Assembly: GCA_028534125.1 (NCBI GenBank)
Contig: CM052818.1
Coordinates: forward strand, 9,364,001 to 9,428,000
Direction: 5' to 3'
Source of the DNA: Lama glama
Lineage: Eukaryota
Length of the DNA stretch: 64,000 nt
Shown: piece by piece, positions 51,500-64,000 of the stretch
Layout of the letters: the number at the start of each line of letters is the position of its first letter
Numbering within the stretch: the first letter of the stretch is position 1
Notes under the pieces: generated by a model
The model's database searches: none
What the model was told of the DNA's origin: nothing
Seen by the model: only the letters and a program-made list of their open reading frames with translations
Translations under genes and position numbers: made by a program

Positions 51500-51784
51500 A
51501 ATACAGCCACAGTTCCTGTCTTGAAGGATCGATAGATACATAAAGCTGAAGATAATAGCTGTCAACCTAACATGGTGACTGTTTACAAGTGATAGTTTTT
51601 GGTGTGATGCTATATTTATAAGTTACTATGGTGCTATACCATCAGGAAGGAGGAAATAAAAATCATTTGAAGAAAAGTATTTTAGTATTTACTTACTTGG
51701 TTTTTTTAATGTTGCTCATTAGAAAGATGTATTTATTTCCTCTCTTGGAAGCATTGATTTATTGAAAAATTTTTTCTCTTATAG

Positions 51785-52202
51785 GCAATGTCTATGCTGC
51801 TTCAAAGAATATAAACATTTGGAGATTTTTAACCAAGTAGTGTGTGCACTTATTAACTTAGTGATTGCCCAAGTTCAAGTGCTCCGGGACCAGCTATGTA
51901 AACATTGTACTACTATTAACATAGAGTCCACGTGGCAAGATGAGAGTAATCAAGCAGAAGAACCACTGAATATAGAAAAAGAGTGTAATGAAGGAAGTAC
52001 AGAGAGACAAAAAATAGAAAAAAAATCAAGCTCTACAAGAATTTGTAATCTGACTGAGGAGGAATCTTCGAAGAGCTCTGATCCTTTTAGTTTATGGAGT
52101 ACAGATGAGAAGGAAAAACTCTTACTGTGTGTGGCAAAAGTTTTTCAAATTCAGTTTCCCTTATATACTGCTTACAAGCATAATACTCATCCTACAATAG
52201 AG
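51785..52202 (+). CDS. USP34: USP34 coding exon 3 (QCLCCFKEYKHLEIFNQ...AYKHNTHPTIE)
   Basis: Lies within ORF 51762-52232. TATAG acceptor, GAG|GTATGT donor. 418 nt. Phase 2 in (AG+G = Arg), phase 0 out (cumulative 549 nt). Confidence 0.97.
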
Positions 52203-52789
52203 GTATGTAAAAATAAGCATTGTGAATTTTAAGTATACTAAGTCATGGTTATGTTTGTATTATCTCACTTCTGAATAAATATGAAGACAGTCATTATTCA
52301 TAGAAAAATTGTAAAAATCACTATTGTTATGAAAATTATTCCAGATTTTTTCAGACCATTTCTTTAGCAACTTGTGTTGAACATTTGCTCAGCATAGGTC
52401 TATTAAGGAAAAATTTATAAACTGAACTCATAAAAGTTAAAGTCATTGATAGAAACATTTTGCTGACATAGATCTATGCTCTACTTTAACTATTTGAAAA
52501 AGTAATAACTGAGGAAAAAGAAGCACACAGAATTTTGTATTTCATTCTTAGAAACATAGGTTAACAGAATTTGGAATTGCCTTTGTAAAGAAAAAAACGG
52601 TTAACAAATTACGTTTAACTACTAGTTTTAAATAAAAATATTTTCTTTTGTAAGTCAAGATGCTTGACCCATTCCACTAGTGATATTTTCACAAGTCTTC
52701 CCAAGAGATTAGTAACTTACCTTATGTTTATTTAGATAATGGCATTTCTTTCTACACATAGCAGGAATTCAGATAGTTACATGACAATG

Positions 52790-53279
52790 TATTAATGGCT
52801 TAAAACAACTGTGATTTATTATTTCTCATTATTCTTTGGGTTGGCTTTGCAATTCCTTTGATGGTTTTGTGTGGCCTCACTTACGCAGTCGCATTTATTT
52901 TGAAAGTCCAAGATGGTGTCACTCACACGTTTGATGGTAGTTGGTGCTAGCTGTTGTTTAGGGCTCCTTGGATTTTTCTCCACGTGGTCTCTCATTCTCC
53001 ACTACCTTACATGGTAATCCAAACATTGATCCAGGAAGGCAAAAGTGGAAGCTATAAGGCCTCTTACAAGGTCCAGTCTCTGAAACCACACAGTATCAAT
53101 TTTTGCCACATCCTGTTGGTTGAAGCAATTCAAAAAGGCAGCTCAGATCAAAGGGGTATGAAGTAGACTTCATCTCTGGATTGGAGGAGAGGTAAAGTTT
53201 CATTTTAAACTTTAAAGTACATTCTCTTTTTATGCATGGAGGAATGGAAAGAGTTGCAGCTATTAACAAATCTACCACA
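52790..53279. mobile_element. MLT1G/H-like MaLR solo LTR
   Basis: TGGCTTAAAACAAC...TTTATTATTTCTCA...GTCCAAGATGG...CTCCACGTGGTCTCTC...AATCTACCACA. Confidence 0.75.
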
Positions 53280-56200
53280 TGCTTTTTTTTTTTTTAAAGA
53301 CTGCCTGTTTTCTCTAGCTTATTTGTTCTGTAACCTTCATACTGACTTCTCTAAGCTTCTTCATCTAGAAAAAAAAATAGCCCTTTACTGAAAATATTCT
53401 CACATTAAATTGAGACTATTTAAAAACATAGCCCAGGAGGTGGGTATTTTCCCCATGAGAATTCTCCATAATTTAAATCAGTTTGTACTCTTATATTCTA
53501 GAATTTAGTCTGTTACCTTCCCATTTAGTAACCTTTTAATGGATCTCTTATTTAGCATCAGATACCCATTAATCTTTCTTTAAAATGTCATCTCGGAATC
53601 CTTTTTCAACAGAAAGGGGATCCATTCATGCAAAGCTGCAAAATTTAATCTTAAGAACATCACATGAACAGTGTTTTTAGTGCCTTAAATTGATAATTGA
53701 AAGATGCTAAAAATAGTTTATTTAGGGACCTAGATATATGAAATCCATGGAGAGTTTCTTAGAAGTATTTTTTTCTCCAGTTAAAAATCTCTATAGATAG
53801 TTACAGAAATACTAAATCTGCCATTTGTTCTTAAAATCAATTTCCTTAGTAGTTTTTTTAAAATGATTTTCAGAAATGGTAATCTCCAAATGTAGGAATA
53901 GTCACACTCCCTTGTAGTTTTTCTTGTGGAATAAAATGCCCCATTATCACTATTCTTGACAATCAGTCCACGTGACTACTTGGTTGAAAGCAATGGCTTC
54001 GGAGGTCTTCAGGTAAAATTCTAGTAAAAACCACCTTTAGATATAATGAAGGAGGAATCTCCTTATACAAAATTTTAATCTCCTTATGCAGAATTAATGT
54101 ATGCTTCTCTAATACTCTGTTCATGATAGTTTCCCAAATTTCTCTTATCTCAGTAATGATCTGTTACAAATACTCTAAAATTTCTAGTTTGTATCCTGGT
54201 GACCATGTTATTAAATATATTAAGGGCCAGCTGTTTCAAAGGTTCACACATCAAAACCTTGGTGTAGTGTACATATATATTATAAAACTGTGTGTCTATC
54301 TATACATACACAGATATCCTAAGGAAACTAATATTTATTATGCAGTGCAGTAGAATCTTACTGTAGACATTTTTATTCCTTCCTTTTTATAGGAAGGTAA
54401 TCCATCCAGTCTTCTCATACTGCTATATGCATCTTTTCCTGATAAGGCCTTTTATTTTTGTTTTTACTTTTTTTTAAGATGTACGAATTGGCCAAGACAT
54501 GGAGAAGTTCAGTAATCTTGTGTTAGAGTTTTGATAGCTTGACTTTAGGTATTTAGTCAGTATCCTTACTTTATATAAGAGGAAACTGATCTACAGAGGT
54601 TAAAAGTTTGGGTCACATTTGCACAGCATATTGCTGAGAGAGTTGTAGAATTCAGCTCTTATTCTATTACGCTGCTTCTCAGTTATTTCAGACTATTTCA
54701 GACTATCACTAACTATTTATCCATTGCCAGTAGCGAATAAGATGGGAACTTGGAGCCCTTCCTTCTCCCCCTCGCTTCTTCTCTCCCTCTATTTCCCTCC
54801 TATCGAAGTTGATAGTATTTTTAAAGATATAGTAATTGAAAATACGTAATACTAATTCAGGTTAAAAGTTTTTGGGTGGACCATTGGCATTGTTTTCTTA
54901 ATCTTGAATAATATAGGTAATTCTATCAAATAAGGTAATGCCCTAGTGTAAATTATTTTTCCTAGAGTGAAATGAATATAAAAATTGTAGAAAGAAGAAA
55001 AACCATTGCTCTTTTGTTAAATGTATGTATAATATAATCAGGCAGATGAAATACGTACATTGTTATTTAATTGTCCAAATTTGCTGATTTTTTTCATGCC
55101 ACTTTCCACTGATTTTTTAATTTGCTCTTTTTAAATTAAAAAATAAAATATTTTTAGTTTACCCCTTTAAAGTATACAATTTAGTTAGTTTTAGTATATC
55201 CCCAAAGTTGTGCAGCTGTCACTGCTATCTAATTCCAACATCAATGACTACTTTTTAAGCAATAATTTTATTCCTCATCCTCATCAGTTCTTCACAGTTG
55301 GATCATGGAGTAACATTTGCTTAATAGATATAGAATTACTTTCTCGTTACTCATTTATTTCTTTTTGTTTTCTCTTAAAGTAATACATGAATTCCTCTGT
55401 TTAATCCTAGAAATAGAATGACATCATATTTAATAAATGTGAAGGTTTCGGGAAAAAACGAAAACTTTAAAAATTCTTGATAGGTTTCTTAAAATCTTTT
55501 CAAGGATCATCATAATGAGAGCTTTTGGGGAAAAAAAAGATGTTGATTCAGCTTTTAGCAAGAATTCTTAGTGTTGGTCTTAGTATTATTTGTTACCTAC
55601 AGATTTATGTTAACTGTTTATATATGACTTCAAGTGAGATTAAAATAACTCCTTAGGATAGTTGATTCATGTATGTAGGGTAGAAATAATGAAATCATAA
55701 AACAGATCTTCTGAGTAGCCAAAATAGATGTAACCACATCCATGAGTAACATTTTGCACATCAGAGTAGAATCCTGTTAGAGGATTTTCTGGCTGTGTCT
55801 ATGTTAGGCAGTAGGTATCTTTTCTTTTTCTTAATACCAATAAAAAATGTCTTACTCATTCTTTAACCAAAACAGAGGGAAAAAATACCACAGGTCCTCA
55901 CAACACCAGAAAAGTGCAGGCATTAGAAGGTATTGACTGGCACCCACTTGTTATTTGAGAACCTGCATCTCTGGTGTGAGGCCTCTCCCCACAGAAACCA
56001 GCAGGGAAGATGCAGGTGCTCGGTATACCAGTGGGCTCTCAGTGCCCTAAGCCTTTCTCAGCTTCCGTGGGCCAAATGCAAAGTGCCCCTGGAAGTGTTG
56101 GCGCTAAAAATCTTGACTTCAGTTAATATTCCAGCCTGGTCCATGAATCTGTGTTTAGTAATAATATATCACAGGAGTTTTTATATTCTGGACTTTTTGG

Positions 56201-57535
56201 AGACAAAAAGTTTGTTAAGAATAATTTAAAGCTTTAACTGTGGCCCTGGTAGTAGAGACTTAGGAATACATTTAAGGAGATGTAGTACACTTACTTTGAC
56301 AAATGTTTTGACCTCTCTTAGGACAGTTTTTGATTATTTTAAAATGTTCTGAGAGTTTTATGCATGCTCTCAATCAGTTGTTATCAAACTTTATTTTAGC
56401 AGTAGAACTTAAATATTCTATACAGAGAACAGTAAAGAATGAATGTGGCAGCTTTTTTCAAGTTTTCTGATCATGAAAGTAACACTTTCAGTGTGACTGA
56501 AAAACAGATTATACAAAATACGGAGTTAAAAAAGCCTTGAATCTCTCTTTCCCCGTCCTCTGATCAAAAAGTTTGTTATGGAATACTTTATATATTTTCA
56601 GACATTAAAAAATTAGGAAATCAGATCATGTTCATAAATTCTATTTTTAACAAATATAATACAACATACTATCTTTCCATGCCTGTGCATGTGGATCCAT
56701 CTTATTTTTAATAGCTTTTTAAAGGTACTTTATATACCATAAAAACTATTTGCTTAAAGTATATATTATTTTTCATAAATGTACTGTCGTGCTACCATTA
56801 GCACATTTTAATTTTAGAACATTTTCATTATTCCCGAAAGATGATCCCTCATGCCATTTCACCTTATTATTTTTGAAGACTGCACAAGACTCTGGATGGT
56901 TATGCCACCATTTAGCCATTCTATTGATGGATATTAAAGTTGTTTCCAATTTTGAGATGTTACAAATGATTCCAGTGAGCATCATTAGACTTACATTTTT
57001 CCAGCACTTTTCCTAGCTGTTTAGGATAAGTAACCAGAAGATGAATTGCTGTGTCAAGGGGAATGTTGATAGATGTTGCCAAATTATCCTCCAACAAGAT
57101 CATACCAGTTTATACTCACACCAACAATGGATGAGTATGCTTTCAGGCAGTTTAAATCTTATGTATGGGATGTACATGTGAAACTCTTGAATATACCTCT
57201 GCGGAATTCCAGAGCACAGTTTCAAAACCACTTAACCAAAGTTAAGATGTATTCAAGAATTACTCCAATTCTTTAAGGAAAGGTTTTTGTTTAAGAAGGC
57301 AAAATAATGTATAGCACATAGTATAGAAAGATTTCTTTGGAAAAGAGTTAAAATATACTTTAAAACTAATCATATTAACTTCATTTAGGATTAGGAATCC
57401 TACCGTTTATGATGAGAAGTAATTGTAAAATACGAATTTTTGTAGAACCAGTATGAAGAAAATTGTAGTTTTAAAAAATTGTCACGTAGTACTATGATGT
57501 AATTGTATTTATTACCTTTTTTTTTTTTAAATCAG

Positions 57536-57586
57536 GATATATCAACCCAAGAAAGCAACATATTAGGGGCATTCTGTGATATGAAT
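57536..57586 (+). CDS. USP34: USP34 coding exon 4 (DISTQESNILGAFCDMN)
   Basis: Poly-T tract plus ATCAG acceptor, AAT|GTAAGT donor. 51 nt, phase 0/0. Confidence 0.96.
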
Positions 57587-57737
57587 GTAAGTGTTTTATC
57601 TTTTTTTATTCTTTAGGCTTATGAAAAATTTGGTTTTTTGTTCATAAGTCTTTTGAGCTTATTTTTATGTCTGATCAGTGTCTTTCTAGTACTGATAATA
57701 AAATGAAAATTTTTAAAATTTCCTTTTTTTTCCTCAG

Positions 57738-57887
57738 GATGTAGAAGTACCATTGCATTTGCTTCGTTACGTATGTTTGTTTTGTGGGAAAAATGGCCTT
57801 TCTCTCATGAAGGATTGCTTTGAATATGGGACTCCTGAAACTTTGCCATTTCTTATAGCACATGCATTTATTACAGTGGTATCTAAT
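57738..57887 (+). CDS. USP34: USP34 coding exon 5 (DVEVPLHLLRYVCLFCGKNG...AHAFITVVSN)
   Basis: TTTTCCTCAG acceptor, AAT|GTAAGT donor. 150 nt, phase 0/0, preceded by a 151-nt intron. I found no further exon before the window end. Confidence 0.96.
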
Positions 57888-58764
57888 GTAAGTATTTTTG
57901 TAATTGGTTTTAATCTTGGAAGTAGTCTCATATTTTAATAGTATGAATTTTATGTCCAGAAAAGGCAGGTTTTGAGTGATTTGCATGCACAATACTGTTG
58001 TTTTTTTTTTTAGGCTTGTAATTTGAAAAAAAAAATTGAATACAGAAATCTTTTTAAAGAAAGTCTTTATTTTAATTGGAATTTGTATAAATGAATGAGT
58101 TTAAGTTAAATAGGTAAATTTAGCCATTTTCCACTTTTGTCTAAGATATAAGATAGTTATGCACAGAAGTCTTATTTTGAGTTTAACTTTACTTGTCTGG
58201 GATTTTGTACTGGGAAATTTTTGGCTTTTTAGAGGTTTTAATTATTATGGTTAGTCAAGGGAACTACTACAGTGTGCCTCACTTCCCTGTATATTACAAG
58301 TAGAGACTCAACATTTCTTTTAGCCTTTGTAAAAAAAGGTAATTCTTTTGTGTGTTGTGAATGTCAGTTACTGTGAAGCACAAAAAGTGTGAAAGCAGAG
58401 ATAAATAATTTTACTACCTATATATTAAAATTCAACCTGTAATTGCCTTCTATTTTGGTCATCATTTTTAAAGAATTGGTAAAGTTAGTTTTGCTATACC
58501 AAAGCCTTATTTCTTAACTGAAGTACCTTAAATAATAATGTGAAATGTTTATAGTATGTATATATAGTAAAAATACAGAGTAAAAAAAGGCTCAACTGTG
58601 AATACTTTGTTGCATTGTTTGGAAAGAATACTGGGTTTACTCAAGTTTATTGAGTATCTGGACATCCATGTTTACGTATTGGAAATAAAACATTTGCATC
58701 AAGGTCATTTTTAGTTCCCAGGTTCCTTGGTTTCTGACAGGTTGAAAATATACTGCATACAATG

Positions 58765-58950
58765 GCAGTATAGCATGGTAGGTTAAAGAATGTACGCTTT
58801 GGATTCATAGTTGCGTTTGAGTCCTGAATCTGAACCTCAGTTTTTCAGTCTGTAGAATAGGAATGATAAAAACGGTGATCTACCCTTGGAATTAAGCTCT
58901 TATTATAGCACCTGATACATAGTAAGCGCTAGTGATTGGTAGCTGTTACT
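58765..58950 (+). mobile_element. MIR SINE
   Basis: GGCAGTATAGCATGGTAGGTTAAAG...CTGAACCTCAGTTTTTC...CCTGATACATAGTAAGCGCT. Confidence 0.75.
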
Positions 58951-61654
58951 TATTTTAGCTATTAACATTTAACCAGATTCTGTTACTCTGATTGACCTTA
59001 TTTGTTTGAAAGGAAGTTCTATGCAGTTTGTCTTCTTTTAGGAGAAAAAACAAGATAGAAACTTTTGAGTAAACTTTAAATCTTTGTTTACATTTTAATT
59101 TTACACTTTGGTAAATTTAGAGAAGGCATATAACTGAGTTTGAAATCCAAAATTCACAAAATGATTTATCAGTAATTTTCCTTAATCAGGAATGTTACCT
59201 GAATTAAAATGTATTTCTTTAATTAATGTTATTAATTTTGGTTAAAAGTCTGTTATGGAAGGCTCATTAAAGACTAACATTACTATATCTTGAAAAATAA
59301 TTCTTTACTAAAATAAGGTTTAGATTCTGTTTAATCTTTCTCTTTAACCTTTTTTATGACTGCTAATTGGTGGACTGTTGTCATTTAGCATAACTATCTT
59401 GTAACTCAACTGAGACCATTAAACTAAAGTTAAAATTAATCATGCTGTTTAAATTAATAATGTAATTGTTTAGATACTATAATCTATGTTTATTTTTTTC
59501 TGAGACTATAACATACGTACTTTTTAACCAAAGGTTTTATAACTCTATTGAGTAACTCATTTGGCACCTTTTCTTCATAAAAAATATTTTTTGATTTGGC
59601 CCTCTTTTATTGTAATTTTTTAAATATAGCTAATACTTTGGTGCAAAAAAGAGCACTTCTTTTAGTGATTAAGGTTTCTGCACACTGTTCGCCCACTCCC
59701 ACCCTGAGTCTGGAGTTTTTTGTAAAGGATTGGTGACATTTAAAGCATTAGGAGTTTTGGCATAATTTGTGACCTTTGCTAGAGTTTTGATCATCCTGTC
59801 TGAAGTTTATATAAATACTTCCTGGTCACTTTAAACAGTTGATAGAGACATCCCTTTGCATTTTGAGAAATGTTAGGGCCTTTAAATTTCAGAATTTTCT
59901 AGTCACATACAATTAATCCTAGAACATTTGTGGTTTCTTCTAGTGGGTCATTGTACATTATAAACCCTGGTCGTTTCTATATGTCTCATTTCTTTTCTTG
60001 AGAAATAGCAGCTTGTTTAGTCATGTTACTTCAGCTTCAGTAAGGCTGAAGTTCCCTTATTTAGGAATCTGGTTTTTCATGGGCTTTCACAAAGGAACCA
60101 AAAATTGATATATTTAAATAATGAAAAAATTTATTGGATTTTTGGACAATTCTTTCCTTGAAAAGCAAAAACTCCATGAATTATAAACCACTCTTATGGT
60201 AAGATAGTTGGGGACTTACCTTATTGAGTACATGTTTCTTCCACAATTGATTATAGTAAATGATACCTTCAGAAGAAAACATGTTTATATAATTTCCTGG
60301 GAACCAAACCATTTTGTTTGTTTTCTAGGGTGGTTCCCTCACTCTTAATGAGGAAAGGTGACTTTATCAGGTGGGGAGTGTTATATCCTAGAACCTTAGG
60401 TTGCAGCATGGGAAAACTCACTTTACCTGAATTATCAATAAAGAAAGAAAACTCTCACTTCATCAGATTAAGGTTCACATCTGATAATAATCTTAATCTC
60501 ATGCATTTATTTCAGTCTCAAAAGTTTGCTTTAGCATTGCTAAACTAACACTGACTGTTAGGAGATTGCTCAGTTTTGCACAAACATTACTCCGCTATTA
60601 TAAGGATCTGTTCTTAGTAGTAATGGCTGTATCCACAGGAAAGAAAAAATAGCAAAAATCTTTATGTAGTTTTCTTGGTTTGTATTGGCTTTTAGTTTTT
60701 AGCAAAAGCAGTTAACCAATGTTCAGTACAGGTTAGAGAAATAAAATAGAATGCAGAGTTCTCATAAAAGTTTCTCCACTGAGATGCATGGTGAGTTATC
60801 TTTGGTTTTAGCTCATAGTATCCTGCCTCAGCCTTCAACTCTTTGCTTGAGTTAGTCATCTCAGACATAACACCTTTTATTAATTTTAAAATAATTAAAG
60901 CCTAAGGATTTTGAGTAAAGAATGGAAGAGTCATGGGATTTATTTAATTAGCATGAATGGAAAAGTACAAGTGAGCCTTAATAAAGAAACCTCATGAATA
61001 AGTGCTTTAGAAAACAGATATGACAAATTAGTAAGAGGTGTAATCAGAGATGCAAACTTGCAGTAACACATCAGAGAGCATAATAACAATTTCTGAACTC
61101 TGTATCCTAAGATTGCTTTTACAAAAATACTAACAAGGACTATTTAATATCCAGTTAGGATGGGAATATGTATTTCCACACCAGACAGGAGAAATTTGTT
61201 GACAATTCTATTAAGTTTTCATTTTTTAATTTTGTTAAAACTAGCTTTATGGTGCAGAACATTGTCTGCATTTCTGCAGTTATGAGGGAGCATAGAATGT
61301 TTTTTGATTCCTGAAATTTTTAATATGTACTTAGAAGGGCTACTAGAATTCTCTTATTACCAGGAGAGGGGAAAAAGCAAACTGTAGAAGCTCAAAACTT
61401 ATAGTGAGGAAAGAAAAAGGACATATTTCTTTTCCATATAGAAAACCACTGGTCCTATCACTGTAGCAAATTCAGTCCTTTCCCCTTTCTGTTTTGTCAT
61501 AGATCAAATGTCTTTATGTGCATGGTTCTGGGAGTTCTAGTATATTCCATTTAGTCTGTTTGATAAGTCTTATGCTATTTGCCTATCATCTTAATTTCTT
61601 CAGCTTTATAAGATTCTCAATATCTGGTAAAGTAAGTTCTACCTACGTGTCATT

Positions 61655-61806
61655 CTTTTTTAAATTTATTAAGGTGTAATTGACATATAACATTAGTTTT
61701 TCAGTATTTGTATATATTGCAAAATGATTGAAACAGAAAATCTAATTAACGTCTGACACCTTTCATAGTTAACAAGTTTTTTTTTCCCTTATGGTGAGAA
61801 CTTTTA
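61655..61806 (-). mobile_element. Older L1MA-like 3' end fragment
   Basis: Similar to the antisense L1 3' end at 30200-30400 (TAATTGACATATAACATT...GGTGAGAAC). Interrupted where U6 begins. Confidence 0.7.
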
Positions 61807-61905
61807 CTTCGGCAGCACATATACTAAAATTGAAACGACACAGAAAGATTAGCATGGTCCCTGTGCAAGGATGACATGCAGATATGTGAAGTATTTGATA
61901 TTTTT
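61807..61905 (+). pseudogene. U6 snRNA retrocopy (5' part of a U6/L1 chimera)
   Basis: CTTCGGCAGCACATATACTAAAATTG...GATTAGCATGG...CAAGGATGACA...GTGAAG...ATATTTTT matches U6 except the first ~7 nt. The ACAGAGA box is damaged (ACAGAAAG). Confidence 0.93.
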
Positions 61906-63738
61906 CTCATCAAAAAAATATTTAGGAATAAACCTGTCCAAGGAGGTGATAGACTTATATGCTAAGAACTATAAAACATTAATGAAGGAAATTAAAGATG
62001 ATTTAAAGAAATGAAAAGATAACCCATGCTCTTGGATTGGAAGAATTAATATTGTTAAAATGGTCATACTACCCAAAACAATCTACAGATTTAGTGTAAT
62101 CTCTATCAAGTTATTCAGGAGAGTTTTCACAGAACTAGAACAAATAATCCTAAAATTTATATGGAATCACAGAAGACCCAGAATTGCCAAAGCAACCCTA
62201 AGGTAAAATAACAAAGCTAGAGGCATAACCCTCCCAGGCTTAATACTATAAAGCTACAGTAATCAAAACAGTGTGGTATTGGCACAAAAACAGACATACA
62301 AATCAATGAAACAGAATACAGAGCCCAGAAATAAACCCACACACCTACGGTCAATTAATCCTCAACAAAGGAGGCAAAAACATACAATGGAGAAAAGACA
62401 GTCTCTTTAGCAGATGGTATTGGGAAAGCTGGACGGCTGCATGTAAATCTATGAATATAGAATACTTCCTCACACCATTCACAAGAATGAACTCAGAATG
62501 GCTTGAAGACTTAAACATAGGGCAAGACACTACAAACCTCCGAGAAGAAAACATAGACAAAACATTCTCTGACATGAATCTTAGTAGTGTTTTTTTAGGG
62601 CAGTCTACCCAGGCAATACAAGTAAAACCAAAAATAGACAAATTGGACCTAATTAAATTTACAAGCTTTTGCGTAGTAAGGAAAATGATAAACAAAAAGA
62701 CAACCCATGGAATGGGAGAAAATATTTTAAACGATGTGACTGACAAGGGCTTCCAGAATATACAAACAGCTCATACAAGTTAATAGCAAAAAAAAAATCA
62801 ACCTAATCCAAAAATGGGCAGAGGATGTAAACAAGCAATTCTCCAATGAAGACATACAAATGGCCAATAAGCACATGAAAAAAATGCTCAGTATCGCTAA
62901 TTATCAGAGAAATGCAAATCAAAACTACAATGAGGTATCACCTCACACCAGTCAGAATGACCATCATTAAAAAGTCCACAAATAATAAACGTTGGAGAGG
63001 GTGAGAAGAAAACCCTCCTACACTGTTGGTGGGATGTAGTTTGGTGCAGCCATTATGGAAAACAGTATGGAGATTCCTCAAAAGACTAAAAATAGACTTA
63101 CCATATGATCCAGCAATCCCACTCCTGGGCATATATCTGGAGGGGACTCTAATTCGAAAAGATACATGAACCCCATTGTTCATACCAGGATTATTTACAA
63201 TAGCCAAGACATGGAAACAACCTAAATGTCTATTGACAGATAACCAGATAAGGAAATTGTGTGTGTGCACGCGTGTGTGTATGTGTAAATAATGGAATAC
63301 TACTCAGCCATAAAAAGAATAAAATAATGCTGTTTGCATCAACATGGATGGATCTGGAGATTCTCATTCTTAGTGAAGTAAGCTAGAAAGACAAAGAAAA
63401 ATACCATATGTTATCACTTATATGTGGATCTAAAAAAGATACAAATGAGCTTATTTACAAAATAGAGACTCACAGACATAGAAAACAAACTCATGATTGG
63501 GGGGATGGAGGTGGGAAGGGATAAATTGGGAATTCTAGACAGATGCTAATTAGTATATATAAAATAGATAAACAGGTTTGTACTCTGTAGCACAGGGAAC
63601 TATATTTAATACCTTGTAGTAACCTATAATGAAGAATATGAAAAGGAATACATATGTGTATGTATGACTGAAACATGCTGTACACCAGAAATTGACACCA
63701 CATTGTAAACTGATTATACTTCAATTAAAAAAAAAAAA
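61906..63738 (+). mobile_element. 5'-truncated L1 (ORF2 C-terminal region, 3'UTR, poly-A), artiodactyl/camelid type
   Basis: ORF2 motifs on the + strand ([39 protein letters not shown]), the 3'UTR shared with other young L1 ends in the window, and A12 at 63727-63738. Confidence 0.93.
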
Positions 63739-64000
63739 CTAAGGTGGTTCATTAAAAAACATTTAGTTTTACAGTATTTGGGTTGCTATAATACAAAGAG
63801 GTGTAGAGTAACATTAAAATGATATTACTTGGATAGATGATTTTCCCTTTTCAGTGAGAAGCTAGTAGTTGTTCTTCAGATTGAATTTTGTGTATATGTA
63901 TTAGAAATGTATATAGTTTAAATTACTTAGCTGGTAGATGTGTGGTTGTACTTCTTAGTTTATCCTTTTCAAAATAGATGAAATACATTTAGTTGTAGAG

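Noticed and set aside
44143..51784. SNORA70-like snoRNA, which I recall being hosted in a human USP34 intron
   Set aside because: I saw no U70-like sequence by eye in this window. An Rfam cmsearch would be needed to exclude it.
51762..52232. 156-aa ORF as a standalone gene
   Set aside because: It is USP34 exon 3 with read-through into flanking intron, bounded by canonical splice sites at 51785 and 52202.
60028..60052. Small inverted repeat ACTTCAGC...GCTGAAGT
   Set aside because: An 8-bp stem is expected by chance in 64 kb, and there is no supporting context.
61807..61905. Functional U6 snRNA gene
   Set aside because: The 5' end is missing, the ACAGAGA box is mutated, no PSE/TATA is visible upstream, and it is fused to L1.
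62351..63270. 110-131 aa ORFs on both strands
   Set aside because: L1 ORF2 remnants and their antisense frames.
1..64000. A novel multi-gene biological system
   Set aside because: All coding signal is explained by USP34, one retro-pseudogene and decayed transposons. I found no unexplained long ORF or gene cluster.

Overview
Mammalian genomic DNA, very probably a camelid (camel, alpaca or llama), judged from about 14 copies of a tRNA-Ala-derived SINE matching the camelid Vic-1 family. The window holds the 5' end of the deubiquitinase gene USP34 on the + strand. This comprises a CpG-island promoter (~9,960-11,590), a C-rich 5'UTR with a strong-context upstream ATG/YY1 motif, and coding exons 1-5 (11116-11158, 44055-44142, 51785-52202, 57536-57586, 57738-57887; 750 nt, 250 codons, all GT-AG with consistent phases). 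The gene continues beyond the window. Nearly everything else is intronic or intergenic interspersed repeat (L1, L2, L3/CR1, MIR, Vic-1, MLT1 LTRs, Tigger/Charlie DNA transposons), plus an RPL31 processed pseudogene. Most ORFs in the supplied track are spurious or decayed transposon fragments. I found no new multi-gene system. The most unusual items are a U6-snRNA/L1 chimeric retrocopy, an L1 nested inside a Vic-1 SINE, a tailless 31-nt SINE fragment with TSD, a 132-bp local duplication at a complex L1 junction, a long intronic hairpin, and signs of a spliced divergent transcript from the USP34 promoter. Repeat family names and human comparisons are from recall, not database searches, and repeat boundaries are approximate.
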